The notes beneath the pieces are model-generated. The model was not told the origin of the DNA and ran no database searches. It worked only from the letters and a program-made list of their open reading frames with translations. 64,000 nt of DNA from Octopus sinensis (taxonomy: Eukaryota): contig NC_043010.1 in the NCBI RefSeq assembly GCF_006345805.1, positions 45,446,001 through 45,510,000 of the forward strand, given 5' to 3'. Position numbers and translations under genes: made by a program. The first letter of the stretch is position 1. Each line of letters opens with the position of its first letter. Shown piece by piece: positions 49,857-63,640 of the stretch.

Positions 49857-50183
49857 ATACACACACACACGTGGCTTAGTGGTTAGGGCATTCAGTTCAT
49901 GATTGTAAGGTCGTGAGTTCGATTCTCGGTGACGCGTTGTGTCCTTGAGCAAGACACTTTATTTCATGTTGCTCCAGTCCACTCAGCTGGCAAAAATGAG
50001 TAGTACCTGTATTTCAAAGGGCCAACCTTGACACACTCTGTGTCATGCTGAATCTCCCTGAGACCTACGTTAGGGGTACATGTGTCTGTGGATTGCTCAG
50101 TCACTTGCACGTTAATTTCACGAGCAGGCTGTTCCGTTGATCATATCAGCTAGGACCCTTGTCATTGCAACCGACGGAGTGCT

Positions 50184-50221
<38 letters not shown>

Positions 50222-53200
50222 GGAAAATGTGTTGTTGAAAATGCACTTAAATTCAAAAGCTCATAAATGTTTAAAATACAAAGATCTGGAAGTAGAGGTA
50301 CCACGAATGTGGAGCCTAAAAACAGAAACAATTCCTATAATAATAGGTGCATTAGGTATGATAAAAAAAAACATTCAGACAAGTACTTAACAAAGACACC
50401 AAGACTTACAAGTATATATAACATTCAGAAAATAGCACTACTAGGCACTGCACACATCCTACATAAAACACTTTCAATACAGTGAAAATAAGAGCACCAC
50501 AACACATACCCAGGGCACACAGAGCTGTACTCAGTAATTCAGTGAAAGCATGTGATAGAAATAAAGTAGTAACATGAAAAAATTGTTTTCATTCATGTAT
50601 TGGCTATTTGCAATCAGTGGATGACAACAAAACCATAAAGCTGGTGCATCACTCTGATTGCCAATTGTGGAAACACAAAACCTCACAGCCAGAAAAACAA
50701 GTTTTATTCTGTGCTGGAGAATTCTTTTGACAAACGATGAACAATAGTACAGCTGATCTGAAAGATAATAAAATTGATACACTGTACTCCGATAACATAG
50801 TTTATATATGATAAATTAATGGTTTCATATTTTTTCTTAAATACTGTCACTATATTGTATTTACATGTACAGAATTATGCATTTTCCTCTACAATCCCAC
50901 TTTAAAATATCTTTCAAAAGGTGTATGATGAAACATTTTAGATTTATATTTTTATACGAAATATACTTGTAAAATAGGAGTGAGTCTTACTTGAAAGTGT
51001 GTCTTACACACCAGAAGATATGATATCAGGTCATCCCATAAGTTCTGTCCAATTTTACCTTTCTTAAAATTGAATGAAATTTCATAGTATTTTAGAATGT
51101 CTAACAGTAAAAATTATTTTTATGCATTTGTGTACATTTAAACTAATTAAATATTATTTTACAGAATAATAGAATTAAAATTTCTTTGATTAAAACCCTT
51201 TGTAACATGGAAGTATCCAAACAGAATTTGAGGCACATAATGCTTTATGAGTACAAAAAAGGAAACTCTGCAGCCGAAGCGACTCGAAACATACACTCAG
51301 ATTAGGGGAAAGAATGCTTGAATGAATAAAAACTTGCAGAAGATGGTTTGCAAAATTCATAAGTGAAGATTTCAACCTTGAAGATGAAAATCATCCAGTT
51401 GAGTTTGATGATAAGCTCCTTGAGGCATTACTTGAAGAAAACCCTGCATTAACAGTTGAAGAATTGGCAATAAAGCTTAGTTCAAACCATACAAACTGTC
51501 TATCGACATCTTCAACTGTGCTAGTGTGTTTATGTCCCTGTAACTTAGTGGTTCAGCTAAAGAGACTGATAGAATAAGTACTAGGCTTACAAAAAATAAG
51601 TTCTGGGGTTGATTTCTGTGACTAAGAACCTTTAAGGTGGTGCTCCAGCATGGCTGCAGTCAGATGACTGAAACAAGTGAAAAAGTAAAAGTGTGTATGC
51701 ATGTATCTATATATATGTATGTATACATATATACAAATCATCTGTGCAGGTAGGCTGTTCTGTAAAAATTGCGGAATCTTCATCTGTTTACGTAAAATTC
51801 ATGGTGTGTGTGTGTTTGTTTTTTGAGTTTTGAGATCTGAATTGCTTCCCTTTTCATCTGGTGATTAATCACCAGAAACCTATCCATGTCAAATATTCAG
51901 TTGATATTTGACATGCAAAGTATTGATCCCCTTAGGTGCCTTAGTTTATCAGTTTTTTTTTCTTTCAACATCTCACTGATATTCTTTTATTTATGGCTGA
52001 TTTTCATTCTGTTTGTTGCATTGGGTCCAGAAAGAAAAGGCAATTTCAGTGATATGTAACAATGTGCACAATAGAATAGTCATAAGCTTTAATTTAAGAA
52101 CATCATCATGCCACAGTCTCATAGATATGAATTTTATTTTAGACTAGCAGCATAGCCCAGCGTTGCCCGGGTATGTAAGAGCCCCTAGTAGGCAACGACT
52201 AATCCCAATCTAGTCCTTTCCCTCTAGGGAACGAAGGCGCATGTGTAGGTTGCAATGTCTTCTCTTCACTCGAATACTTCTGTGTATACGATGTTCCTAG
52301 CTGTCCCTTTGGGCGATAAAAAGGTCGAGTTGTGTCCCCTAGACAGAAAATGTGTTGCATATAAAAAGCTTAGATTCTCGACCCCATGTCGAATTTATCG
52401 ATTTTTTTCAGAACTGGGGGAACTTTTCAAAATTTTCACTGCGTTAGTATTGAATTATGACATTGGGCTATGTGTGTGTCAAGTTTCATCAGAATCGGTT
52501 GAAAGCCGTGGTCAGGGTGAGGGTACAACCTGACAGACACACAGACACACAGACAGACAAACTGCCGTTTATATAGAGAGAGATTTATTTTGCACCTTCT
52601 CTGATAGGTTCATTCATACTATTAGTAATTATTAATTATTGTTATAATATTTTTCAGGTGTATGATGAGAGTTAAATTAAAAGTGGGTTGGGTTTAAAAT
52701 TTGTTATCTTAAAATTTGGAAAACCTTATATTTGAGAAAACATCTTCCAGCAGATGAAAATGTGGGGAGCCTTACAACATATATATATAGCCTGTAAACC
52801 ACCAAGTATGCCACTATCTAACAATCGAGCTTTGAAATACTTCCTAAATTTAACTAATGATGAGCTTAAACATGAAAATCAGATCTTCGCAATTGGAGTT
52901 GTGTTAAATAAAATTCAAGAACTTTGGGATGTAGCAAGTATTCTATCTTAAGATGTAAGACATGCTGGCCAAGATGAAAATTAAAGACCCTAATTGAAGA
53001 GAGAGTTAGACTAATTTATTACAAGAAAAGGTCTACTTTCAATGACTATCTGACAAATTTTAAAGAAAAACTTATCTGATAAGGTTGCATATTTTACAAG
53101 CAATCAGATAAAAATGAACACAAATGCAATCAGATAAAAATGAACACAACAAAGAATGAGCTGTAGAAATCTTGTGATCTGAAATTAAGCTGATTTGATA

Positions 53201-53933
53201 AGAATTATATTAAACAAATATCAGAAAATGCAAGAAAGATAAAAAAGGTATTGAAATGTATGAGAAAAGAGATGCCTTGACAATTCAACTTTAACAATAA
53301 TTTGTATTATTGAAACAGGAATTTGAAGTTGTGCATGTGAGACTCCAATATTGCATCATTCTATAAATATAGTTGATCTGATATTTGCCATGTATCAGTT
53401 TCTGATGATTTGTCACCAGATGAAAATAAAGCAATTCAAATTTCTAAATTTTTTTCAGACTTTGGCACACCCTTTTGCTACGTGCATACACACACATAAA
53501 TATGTAACCAAGCGTGTGTATGTGTGTGTACATATGTATGAACATATATGTGTGTGTGTGTGTGTTTGTGTGTGTGTTTGTGTGTGTGTGTGTATACACA
53601 CACACACACACACACACACGTGGCTTAGTGGTTAGGGCATTCAGTTCATGATTGTAAGGTCGTGAGTTCGATTCTCGGTGACGCGTTGTGTCCTTGAGCA
53701 AGACACTTTATTTCATGTTGCTCCAGTCCACTCAGCTGGCAAAAATGAGTAGTACCTGTATTTCAAAGGGCCAACCTTGACACACTCTGTGTCATGCTGA
53801 ATCTCCCTGAGACCTACATTAGGGGTACATGTGTCTGTGGATTGCTCAGTCACTTGCACGTTAATTTCACGAGCAGGCTGTTCCGTTGATCATATCAGCT
53901 AGGACCCTTGTCATTGCAACCGACGGAGTGCTC

Positions 53934-54016
<83 letters not shown>

Positions 54017-54384
54017 GGAAAATATGTTGTTGAAAATGCACTTAAATTCAAAAGCTCATAAATGTTTAAAATACAAAGATCTGGAAGTAGAGGTACCACG
54101 AATGTGGAGCCTAAAAACAGAAACAATTCCTATAATAATAGGTGCATTAGGTATGATAAAAAAAAACATTCAGACAAGTACTTAACAAAGACACCAAGAC
54201 TTACAAGTATATATAACATTCAGAAAATAGCACTACTAGGCACTGCACACATCCTACATAAAACACTTTCAATACAGTGAAAATAAGAGCACCACAACAC
54301 ATACCCAGGGCACACAGAGCTGTACTCAGTAATTCAGTGAAAGCATGTGATAGAAATAAAGCTACTGAATAATAACCACAACAA

Positions 54385-54605
54385 CAATCCTTTCTACTAT
54401 AGGTACAAGGCCTGAAATTTGGTGGATGGGGCCAGTTGATTAGATCAACCTCAGTACACAACTGGTACTTAATTTATCAACTCCCGAAAGGATGAAAGGC
54501 AAAGTCAGCCTTGGCAGAATTTGAACTCAGAATGTAGCGACAGGCAAAATATCACTAAGTATTTCGTCTAGCATGCTAACGATTTTACCAGCTTGCCACC
54601 TTGGC
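54385..54605 (-). mobile_element. SINE family C
   Basis: Reverse complement of 37030-37255. Confidence 0.85.
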
Positions 54606-55249
54606 AACAACAACAATAATAATGATACTGATAACAGCAACACACCTGTTTCTGTCCTCATTCTTGATCACTCTCTGTCTCTCTCTGACCAGGTAACTAT
54701 GTATCTTCTCTACAGCTAGACACCTGTTTCTGTCTTTCTGTCACACTCTAAACCTTTCATCATCTGGCACAAGATCACCTCCTCCAATGCTGACCATGCA
54801 GGTACTGGTGTTACATAAAAAGCATCCAGTCCACACTGTAAAGTGGCTGACATTTGGAAGGGCGTCCAACTGCAAAAACCATGCCAAAACTGACCTTGCC
54901 TGTGCCAGTGCCACATAAGTGCATTCAGTCTGTTCTGCAGGGTGTTTGGTTCTGGGAAGGACATCCAGCCATAAAATCCATGCAAAAACAGACACTGAAA
55001 CCTGCTGTAGTTTTCTGCCTAGCTAACTCCTGTCAAACCATCCAACCCATATCAGCATGGAAAGCAGATGTTGAATAATAATAGTATTTTTACTGTTCCT
55101 TTGATATTGGCTAGATAACAAATACCTGCTGAGCAACAACCAGTAACCTACAGCAGGCATTATTGTGTAATGTTACTGTTCAACACAAGATTCCAGGTTT
55201 TCATCATTGGCTTAAAAAAAAAAAGAAAAAGAAGAAAGAAAAAGGTGGG

Positions 55250-55460
55250 AAAAAAAACTGTTCTTACCAGGAATATGATAAACTTGCCAAATATAAAAAC
55301 CTAGAAATTGAAATAAGCAGGATGTGGCACCTGGAAATGGGAACAATATCAATTGTGACTAGATCACTTGGGGTCATGAAACAAACAATCAGTGGCTTCC
55401 TTGAAAAATTCCCAGGAAAACCTAGCAAATAAGAAATCCAGAAAATAGTCCTACACAATA
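55250..55460 (+). mobile_element. R4/Dong-like LINE endonuclease C-terminal fragment
   Basis: EYDKLAKYKNLEIEISRMWHL...ISIVTRSLGVMK...EIQKIVL. Confidence 0.7.
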
Positions 55461-55508
55461 TGACTCATACATTACATAAATTATTATTATTAAGGATTAT
55501 TATTATCA

Positions 55509-55736
55509 TTAACCCTTTTGTTACTGTATTTATTTTGAGATGCTCTGTGTTTCTTTCAATTACTTTAAATATAACAAAGAATTTAGTAAAATAACTTAGT
55601 TATCATTCAGCTTGTGTTAGGAACATAAATTGTGAGTAAGGTTTGGTGGAAGATTTTAATTCAAAACTTATGGAAACGCGACATTTGTACTCAGAGCCAG
55701 AGCTGGTTTCAGCTGGGTTAGTAACGAAAGGGTTAA
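55509..55736. mobile_element. MITE family B
   Basis: TTAA-CCCTTTTGTTAC ... GTAACGAAAGGG-TTAA. Confidence 0.88.
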
Positions 55737-57284
55737 AGTGGCAAGCTAGCAGAATTGTTAGCATGCCAGGCAAAACACTTAGTAACATTTTGTACTTCTT
55801 TACATTCGGAGTTCAAATTCTGCTGAGGTCAACTTTGCTTTTCAACCCTTAAGCGTACCAGTTGCACATTGAGGATAATATAATTGACTAGCACCCTCCA
55901 CATAAATTTCAGGCCTTGTGCCTATAGTAGAAAGGATAATTATTATTTATTCTTTTTATTTCAAGCTTTGTTGTAACTCCTGGAGTCTTGCACACATATC
56001 TAAGGCTGGTAGAATTGGTAGCAGGCTGGGCAAATGCTCAGCAGCATTCCATCTGTTTTTGTGTTCTGAGTTCAAATTCTGCCATGGTCAATTTTGCCTT
56101 TCATACTTTCAGCTTAATAAAATAATTACCAGTTGATCACTGGTGATACTTTCCTGATTATTCAGGCCATACTAAGGAGACAAACCTTTTGTAACAGTTC
56201 TACTGGGCATTCTATTACAATTTCTTTTATATTCCTCTTTGTGCATCGCGACCCCCTTCATATCTACAATAGGGTCATGAACTATTCAATGAAAATCCAG
56301 GGTTACTCATGGTCGGTGAGTTTTTAATAAAAATGCAGAGGTGGTTCATCAACTCAAAAATCGATATCCATGAAATAATCATACTTTCTGAGTTCTTAAT
56401 GCAAAAAACCTTCCTGTTGACTGTCTTTGTAATCCCAGCTACTTGGCTGTGAAGAGGGAACAGACAAAGAGATGGATAGATGGACAGATAGACGAACATA
56501 ATACCGATTATAGTAAGATAGCAAATCTGCCCATCTACTATAGGAAACAAAGGGATACTATCGCAAATCTAAACCCTCTAAATTCACAAACTACGCATGC
56601 ATAAGTATATATGTACCTCCATCCACCCCACTCCACCCCCTACACACACACAAACCAGATAATTGCATAATTTGGTTAACAGCATCAAATATATGTAAAA
56701 AATCAATTGGTTAATTACCTTTGCAAAAAAAACTTTCATTTTGGTTCATTACGTACAATTTTTTTTCTGAAATTGAGTAAAAAATATTGCAAAATGTAGC
56801 ATAAAATTGAACATTTATTTGATTTAACAAAGTAAAGCTACAAGCTTCTTTTTTTCATGATGAGTTAAAATGACCACAGACAGTTTAACTTTTCCAATTT
56901 TTGTTTACAAACAACTAACGTTAAAAGATTCAAATATATTCAAGTTATTCTTAACATTTCAATGAATTAACGATTATCAAAGTTTAGATTCCAGTGTGCT
57001 TTTTTTTCTTAAACTTATTTTGTGTTGTGTAACAACTGTCTTCAATAATTAAATTTGTTTAGAAATAAAATTTGTAAAATACAGTTTTGAATTGTGCAGT
57101 CAATAGATGCTGTTTTGTTTTTATTTTCACTATCAGCTACATTAGCTTGTGAAAGCCAGATTAAATTTCTATTACTCCATTCGATCCTTGTTGCTATCAT
57201 TGAGTAAACTATGGTGTATGAAAGCTTTGACTAAGCTTTGGTAATTAAAGTCATGTATGCAACAGAATATAAATGTGCAAGGTG

Positions 57285-57735
57285 CTGGTATTGCTGTGTG
57301 GTAAGAAGTTTACTTCCCAACCACATAGTTCTGGGTTCAGTCCCACTGTGTGGCACCTTGGGCAAGTGTCTTCTACTATAACCTCAGGCCAAGCAAAGCC
57401 TTGTGAATGGATATGGTAAATGGAAACTGAAAGAAGCCTGTCATATATATATATATATTATATATATATATATATCATCGTTATTTAACATCCATTTTTC
57501 ATGCTGGCATATATAATATCTATGTGTGTATGTGTCTTTGTATCTGTGTTTGTCCTTCAACACCACTTGGCAATTGGTGGTGGTGTGTTTACATTCTCAC
57601 AACTTAGTGGATTGACTAAGTACCAGACTTAAAAAAAAAAATAAGTACAGGAGTCAATCCATTCAACTAAAACTTCTTCAAGGTAGTGCCTCAGCATGGC
57701 CACAGTCTAATGACTGAAACAAGCAAAAGGTAAAA
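57285..57735 (+). mobile_element. SINE family B
   Basis: Similarity to 15332-15742. Confidence 0.85.
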
Positions 57736-58214
57736 GATTTCAGAGTACACAAGTTATGTTGTGCTGTGTTGTGTATGGTGTTACTGAACCTACTAGTCTG
57801 GCATAAACACAACTCAAGAATATACATAGAAAATTCAAGCTACTACAACCTAACTTAATTTTTGTTTCTGGATATTTATTATTTGATCTGAAGGCAAATC
57901 ATTACCAGATTATTACCAGATACTGCAATTATGATAAAGAAAATCAGTTTCAGTTAACAAATTTTCAGTGAATTTATACATTCAGCTTCTCACTACGAAA
58001 ATATTGGAGAGGAGAGTGTGAAAGCAAATAAGAAACAAATAAATTTTACATAATAACAGGTTGAATATGGATAAAAAATAGCAAGAAGAGAAAAAGATGA
58101 AAGAATTATTCAGATAGTAGGCAAATAAAAGGCTTGCTAATTTAAGGGAGTATGGAATACTAGAAAGAGTATACATCTTAGAAAGGGGTTTAAAAGTAAA
58201 TAATGAGTGAGAAG

Positions 58215-58940
58215 ACCAAATCAAGTGAGAAAATTTGCCCCATTTTCGTTATGTTATGATGTGAACATATCTGAAGTAGTCTTTGCTTAAGTATTTCGAT
58301 GTATTTTTCAGAGTTTATGGTTCCAACACCTTCGATCAGCTCAGAACGACCGTTGCTGGTGACAGCTCCCCATACAATTACAGAGATACCACCATGTTTC
58401 ACAGTTAGTTGGAGTTATTTCAAATCAAATTCTTGATTGAGAAGCCTCCAGACCCAAACACGTCCACAAATAATGCAAATCTAGATTCATCTGAGAAAAT
58501 CCCTCTATCCCAAAATTAAATGGATTTTTCTGACATCTCCTTAGCCCATTTCTTTCTTTTCATGCTATTAATTGGTTGAAGGAGAGGTTTTCTTCTAGCT
58601 GCTCATCCATAATACCCAAACTTATGCAGATATGTAACATACGTTCTGGGACTAACTTCTAGCTGTCTTGCAATGTCAGAAGCCTTCGAACAGGGTTCGT
58701 TTTCCACAATTCTCTTCAAACAGTGAAGCTTCCTTTCCAAGGGTCCAGGTCGGTTGGGACAAGAATCTGTTGTTTCTTTTCCTTGGCTTTTGAATTGCAC
58801 TATAATTCTTTTAAAAGTAGCAAAAGGAATTTGAAGATTTTCAGCAATTTTTTGCTGGTTAAGACCAGCCTCAGATTGCCCAACAATACGATCTCTTTGA
58901 AAATCTGACAGTTCTGCTGAATTTTTTGTGCATGGCATGG
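58215..58940 (-). pseudogene. Degenerate Tc1 transposase (second family)
   Basis: ELSDFQRDRIVG..., ARRKPLL, FSDESRF, KHGGISVIVWGAVTSNGRSEL..GTINSEKYIEIL. Confidence 0.85.
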
Positions 58941-58953
58941 ATACTCTTATACA

Positions 58954-59340
58954 TATCAGGTCATCCCATAAGTTCTGTCTGAATTTTAAATAAAGAAAAT
59001 AAGTGATCAAATGTTATATTTAAATGAAATTTAATCATCAATGTACTTTTCCTGATTATCTGACTTCCTTCCATCTATTTACAAGCTTTTTAATCCCATC
59101 AATGTAAAACTCTTTTGGTTTCAAAGGGAAGAACTCTGAAATGTCAGTTTCGACCTCCTGGTTTGCAAAAGTTATGTCCCCCAAATGATTCTGTAAACTA
59201 CAAAACGAATGGTAGTCTGAAGGAGTAACATCAGGAGAATAAGGTGGATGAGGAATTTTTTCCCAGCCAAGCTCTTCGATCTTCTGTGATGTGATCTTTT
59301 CAGTTCACTGTTGCTGGATGATTTGTCTCTACTTCTGATA
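58954..59340 (-). mobile_element. Mariner 3' end with TIR
   Basis: ELGWEKIPHPPYSPDVTPSDYH; TIR tcaggtcatcccataagttctgtc is identical to that at 45538. Confidence 0.85.
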
Positions 59341-60425
59341 TCATCATCATCATCATCATCATTTAGCGTCCGTTTTCCATGCTAGCATGGATTGGACGGT
59401 TCTACTGGGGTCTGTGAAGCCAGAAGGCTTCATCAGGCCCAGTCAAATCTGGCAGTGTTTCTACGGCTGGATGCCCTTCCTAACGCCAACCACTCCGTGA
59501 GTGTAGTGGGTGCTTTTTACGTGCCACCCGCACTGGTGCCAGACAGAGCTGGCAAACGGCCACGAACAGATGGTGCTTTTTATGTGCCACCGGCACGAGG
59601 GCCAGGCGAGACTGGCAACGGACACGAAACGGGGCGGTGCTGGCAACGGTCGCGAAACGGAAAGTTCTCTTACATGCCACCGGCACTGGTAACACATCTG
59701 CAATTTCCATTGATCGATTTCCATTGATCGATTTCGATTCTGATCCTCACTTGCCTCAATGGGTCTTCACAAGCAGAGTTTCGACATGCCACCGGCACTG
59801 GTAGCACAACCGCAATTTCCATTGATCGATTTCGATTCTGATCCTCACTTGCCTCAACACGTCTTCACAAGTAGAGTTTTGTGTCCCAAGAAGGAAGGTA
59901 TGCATACGTAGGCTGGCTCCATCCCATGTAGAAGGCCACGGGTTGTGGACTCACTTGTCCTGCCGGGTCTTCTCGCGCACAGCACACTTCCAGAGGTCTC
60001 GGTCTCTAGTCATTTCCTCAGTGAGACCTAAAGTTCGAAGGTCGTGCTTCACCACCTCATCCCAGGTTTTCCTGGGTCTGCCTCTTCCACAGGTTCCCTC
60101 AACCGCTAGGGTGTGGCACTTTTTCACACAACTATCTTCATCCATTCTCGCCACATGACCATACCAGCGCAAACGTCTCTCTTGCACACCACAACTGATG
60201 CTTCTTAGGTCCAGCTTTTCTCTCAAGGTACTTACACTCTGCCGAGTGTGAGTACCGGCATTACACATCCATCGGAGCATACTGGCTTCATTTCTAGCGA
60301 GCTTACACATATCCTCAGCAGTCACGGCCCATGTTTCACTGCCATGTAGCATGGCTGTTCGTACACACGCATCATACAGTCTGCCTTTCACTCTGTGCGA
60401 GAGGCCTTTTGTCACCAGCAGAGGT
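59341..60425 (-). mobile_element. RTE LINE (R1) 3' ~1.1 kb
   Basis: ORF LYDACVRTAMLHGSETW...RRLRWYGHVARM...GRGRPRKTW...RDRDLW; 3' UTR; (ATG)n tail. Confidence 0.92.
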
Positions 60426-60849
60426 AAGATATATTTATGTATTTCTAACATTTCGTCTATAGTAGATACTACTCAGGATGAATACTGTGGTTTATCAGGT
60501 TTTCAGTTATGTGTCTGTTACACACATACACTCACACTAGATCACATGTTTTGATTATTTTAATTTTATATTCTGTCTATATGTATTTTATGTTGCCTGA
60601 TTGTATTTTATATTGTGTCCATACGTAATTTAAGTTCTCCCTCGTCAGTGATATTTTTGGAAGTAATTTTCATTTTGTATTTAGTTATTATATAATTCAT
60701 CTTTCACTACAGTTAGATGCTGGATTCAATTTATTCCTAGTTTAAGAGAAACCTAACTTGATTTCATATTCGTGTTGTTCAAATATTTTCAGATAAATGT
60801 ATCTAACAAATAAAATAAGTGACAACTCAAAATTTTATTTTTAATTTAC

Positions 60850-63640
60850 TCAAAATTTTCCAAATAAAAATATTTAACAAATAAAATAGTTGGTAAACTC
60901 AGACTTTTATGTTTACTTCGGTAAAATTTTTCATATAAATGTATTTTAGCAGATATAATAATTGAAAACCACAGAAAATATATAACAGTTTCAAAACTGA
61001 GATTAAATGTGCTTTGAAGATCATACATTTGTGAACATTATCATCTTTTCCAACAGAAGACATTATATAAATATTAGAAGACATTGATAGGTTCGAATAC
61101 CTGGGGATCTTTGTTTCTAACATTGGAGGTGGTACCATGAATTTGGAAAACAGACTGACCAAAGCTGTGATTTGTATGTATTCCCTTTCTAACAAAGAAT
61201 ATGAAATTTTGATTATTAAATTTCATATTGTTTTAATCCACTTATTGATGAATGAGGTTTTGCTCATTTTGGAGTATGATAGTATCTTCTGGAGTTTGGA
61301 TAGCCATTGACATTTTGCATCATTGAGATAACTCGTTAGTTTACATGAGTGTACCTGTGATAGGTTGATGATAAATAATAATAGTCCTAGAACTGTTCCC
61401 TGAGGCATACCACTTATTACAGGTAACTTTGCAGGGAGAACCTATCAATGTCTTCTAATATTTATATAATGTCTTCTGTTGGAAAAGATGATAATGTTCA
61501 CAAATGTATGATCTTCAAAGCACATTTGCAGCAAAAGATTAGCTCCTACCATTTAGGAAGTCAAAGAGCCATTCTCTGAGTCTTCCTGATACCAAGCTCC
61601 CTTAGCTTATGACGGATGATTCCATGAACAATTCTGACAGATGCCTTAACAAAATCTAATTATATACAGTCAGTGTCCTTTCCTCTCAAGAGATTATTAA
61701 GAATAGTGCTTTGGTGCTGTATTATTTGTGTAAAATAACTTCGTCCAGTCCAAAAACCATGCTGTATGTCATCTACGAGGTTGTTTTCCTCAAGGTATGT
61801 AATAATTCTATTTTGCACAATGCATTTAATAATTTTAGATGTGTGAGATGTGAAAGAAACAGGTCTGTAATTTTTAGCTTCAGCTTTGCTACCCTCCTTT
61901 GTGAATAGTTGTTACTATTGGGTCTTTCAGTAGTTCTGGGAATTCACCAGTATCTAGCAATTTTTTAAATAATATCTTTAATGGTTTCCTGAGGCTGTTT
62001 TGCATGTATTTAGCAGTATGGCCGAGAGACCATCTGGTCCAGATTTTGAGCTTCAATCTAGGTCATTAGCTGTAAGTATATCATCTTCCATTATATCATT
62101 AATTTTCAGATGTCTCTCTGCAGTTGAGTTCTGGGGGGTCAAAAGATTCATTTGATTCATTTATCATTTTGTTAACTACAGGTTGGGAAAATGCACTGTC
62201 ATAATGTCAACTGAAGGATGTGCATATTTGTAAGGTGTCATTTGTAATATGATCCATTTCGATCCATTAGAGAACCAATCTAGTTATCAGTAGCTGATTT
62301 TTGTTTAGTGGAAAAAGAACTTAGAAAAAGATTTTATATTTTACACTGCTCGTTGTTCCCTCAGTGAAGTTTCTTTTTCATGAGATAGTTTTAGGTTCAG
62401 TTTGATGATTTTTTTTTCTCATTCTCATCTGCTGAGAGAGTTTGGTTTTTTTAGTTGTTTTGTTTGTTTGGTTCTGTTACACACTAGTATCCGTCTGTCT
62501 CACAGAATCAAGTGCTTGCAGGAACAGGCATGTTTATATGGGGCATGCTTTCAACAGATCTTGGTTAACTCTTCCTACAGAATTCCTTTGTTAACATTGG
62601 GATTGCCAATATACTGAGACCAGTTTGTTTCAAGAATTTCAGTTTCAATTTTCTTCTACTTGACCTTCCTGAAATTCAAATTCATTTGGAGTGAGTCATG
62701 TTCATTGTTATTTATGTGTGTTACTCTCTTTGATAATTGCATAGTGTTGTGGTTGGAAATAGCTGTGGCAATGATTCAAACATTGCTAATGAAGTTTTTA
62801 TTGGTATTAAAGACTAGGTTGAGCATGTTATTTCCCCAAGTTGGATGGGTAATGATTCATTGCATGATGCAGTCTTTAGTGGTATTGAAAAGAGAATTCA
62901 AATCTTGACTTTTCAGTTGTTTAATTTCAGGTTGGGTATAGGCCTTAGGCTAGCTGAGATTAGGAAAATTAAAGTCCCTGGCTAAAAGTACATTAGCCTG
63001 TGGGCTTGGTTTATTTGGGGTTTGACTTATGAGCAACAAAACATCTTTGAAGTGATCTCTGTGGTTAGCTGCAGCAGGAAGACAATAGGTAATGTCTATG
63101 ATCAAATTGAGGGCAATCATATGCATTATTAGTGTTGGAGTGGAAGACCTGTTGCTAGGTTTCCTTGGATGAAAATCGTTATTTCTGTTAGTTTCTATAT
63201 TCTGTAGTGAGTTCTGAATAGTATGTAACCTGACATATCTACTTCCACATCCAATATGTCTGGGGTTAGGTGCATTTCACTTAGCGCTACACATATTGTC
63301 TTTGCTTGCTGTGCAAGGTCTCTAAGATATGATACTTTTGTTCAATTTGTGAAGTGTGAGAGACCATGTACATTCAGCATTATTATTGAGTTGACTTTGT
63401 GGATTAATGACAGCAATGGTGTGGTTATGCACTGGGGTAATAGCAGTGGTTGGTACTGTATGAGAACTAGAAGTATTTTTTTTATATTTCTTTTGCAACA
63501 TTCATCATCGCTAAAAAACAATTTTCTTCGTTTGGGAAGGGTTGTTGTCTGAACTTGATATGGTTGCACTGTTGATTATAGTTATATTGCTTGCGGCTCT
63601 TGATTTTACTATTGTATCCTGTGGATATCAGGGTGACTGA
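60850..63640 (-). pseudogene. Degenerate CR1/L2-like LINE ORF2 (AP endonuclease + RT)
   Basis: APE-like start (IIMLNVHGL...VALSEMHL) near 63400-63200; RT PQGTVLGLLLF..SYLND at 61223-61408; many stops. Confidence 0.8.
61005..61527. repeat. Perfect 90-bp inverted duplication (61005-61094 / 61438-61527)
   Basis: Arms are exact reverse complements, 343 bp apart. Confidence 0.97.

Larger units (their letters stand above)
45072..54360. repeat. Tandem duplication of a ~3.7-kb unit (45072-48805; gapped 48806-50565; 50566-54360)
   Basis: Near-identical sequence; head-to-tail junctions gatagaaat.aa|gtagtaacatg at 48806, ~49088 and 50566; unique flanks on both sides. Confidence 0.93.
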
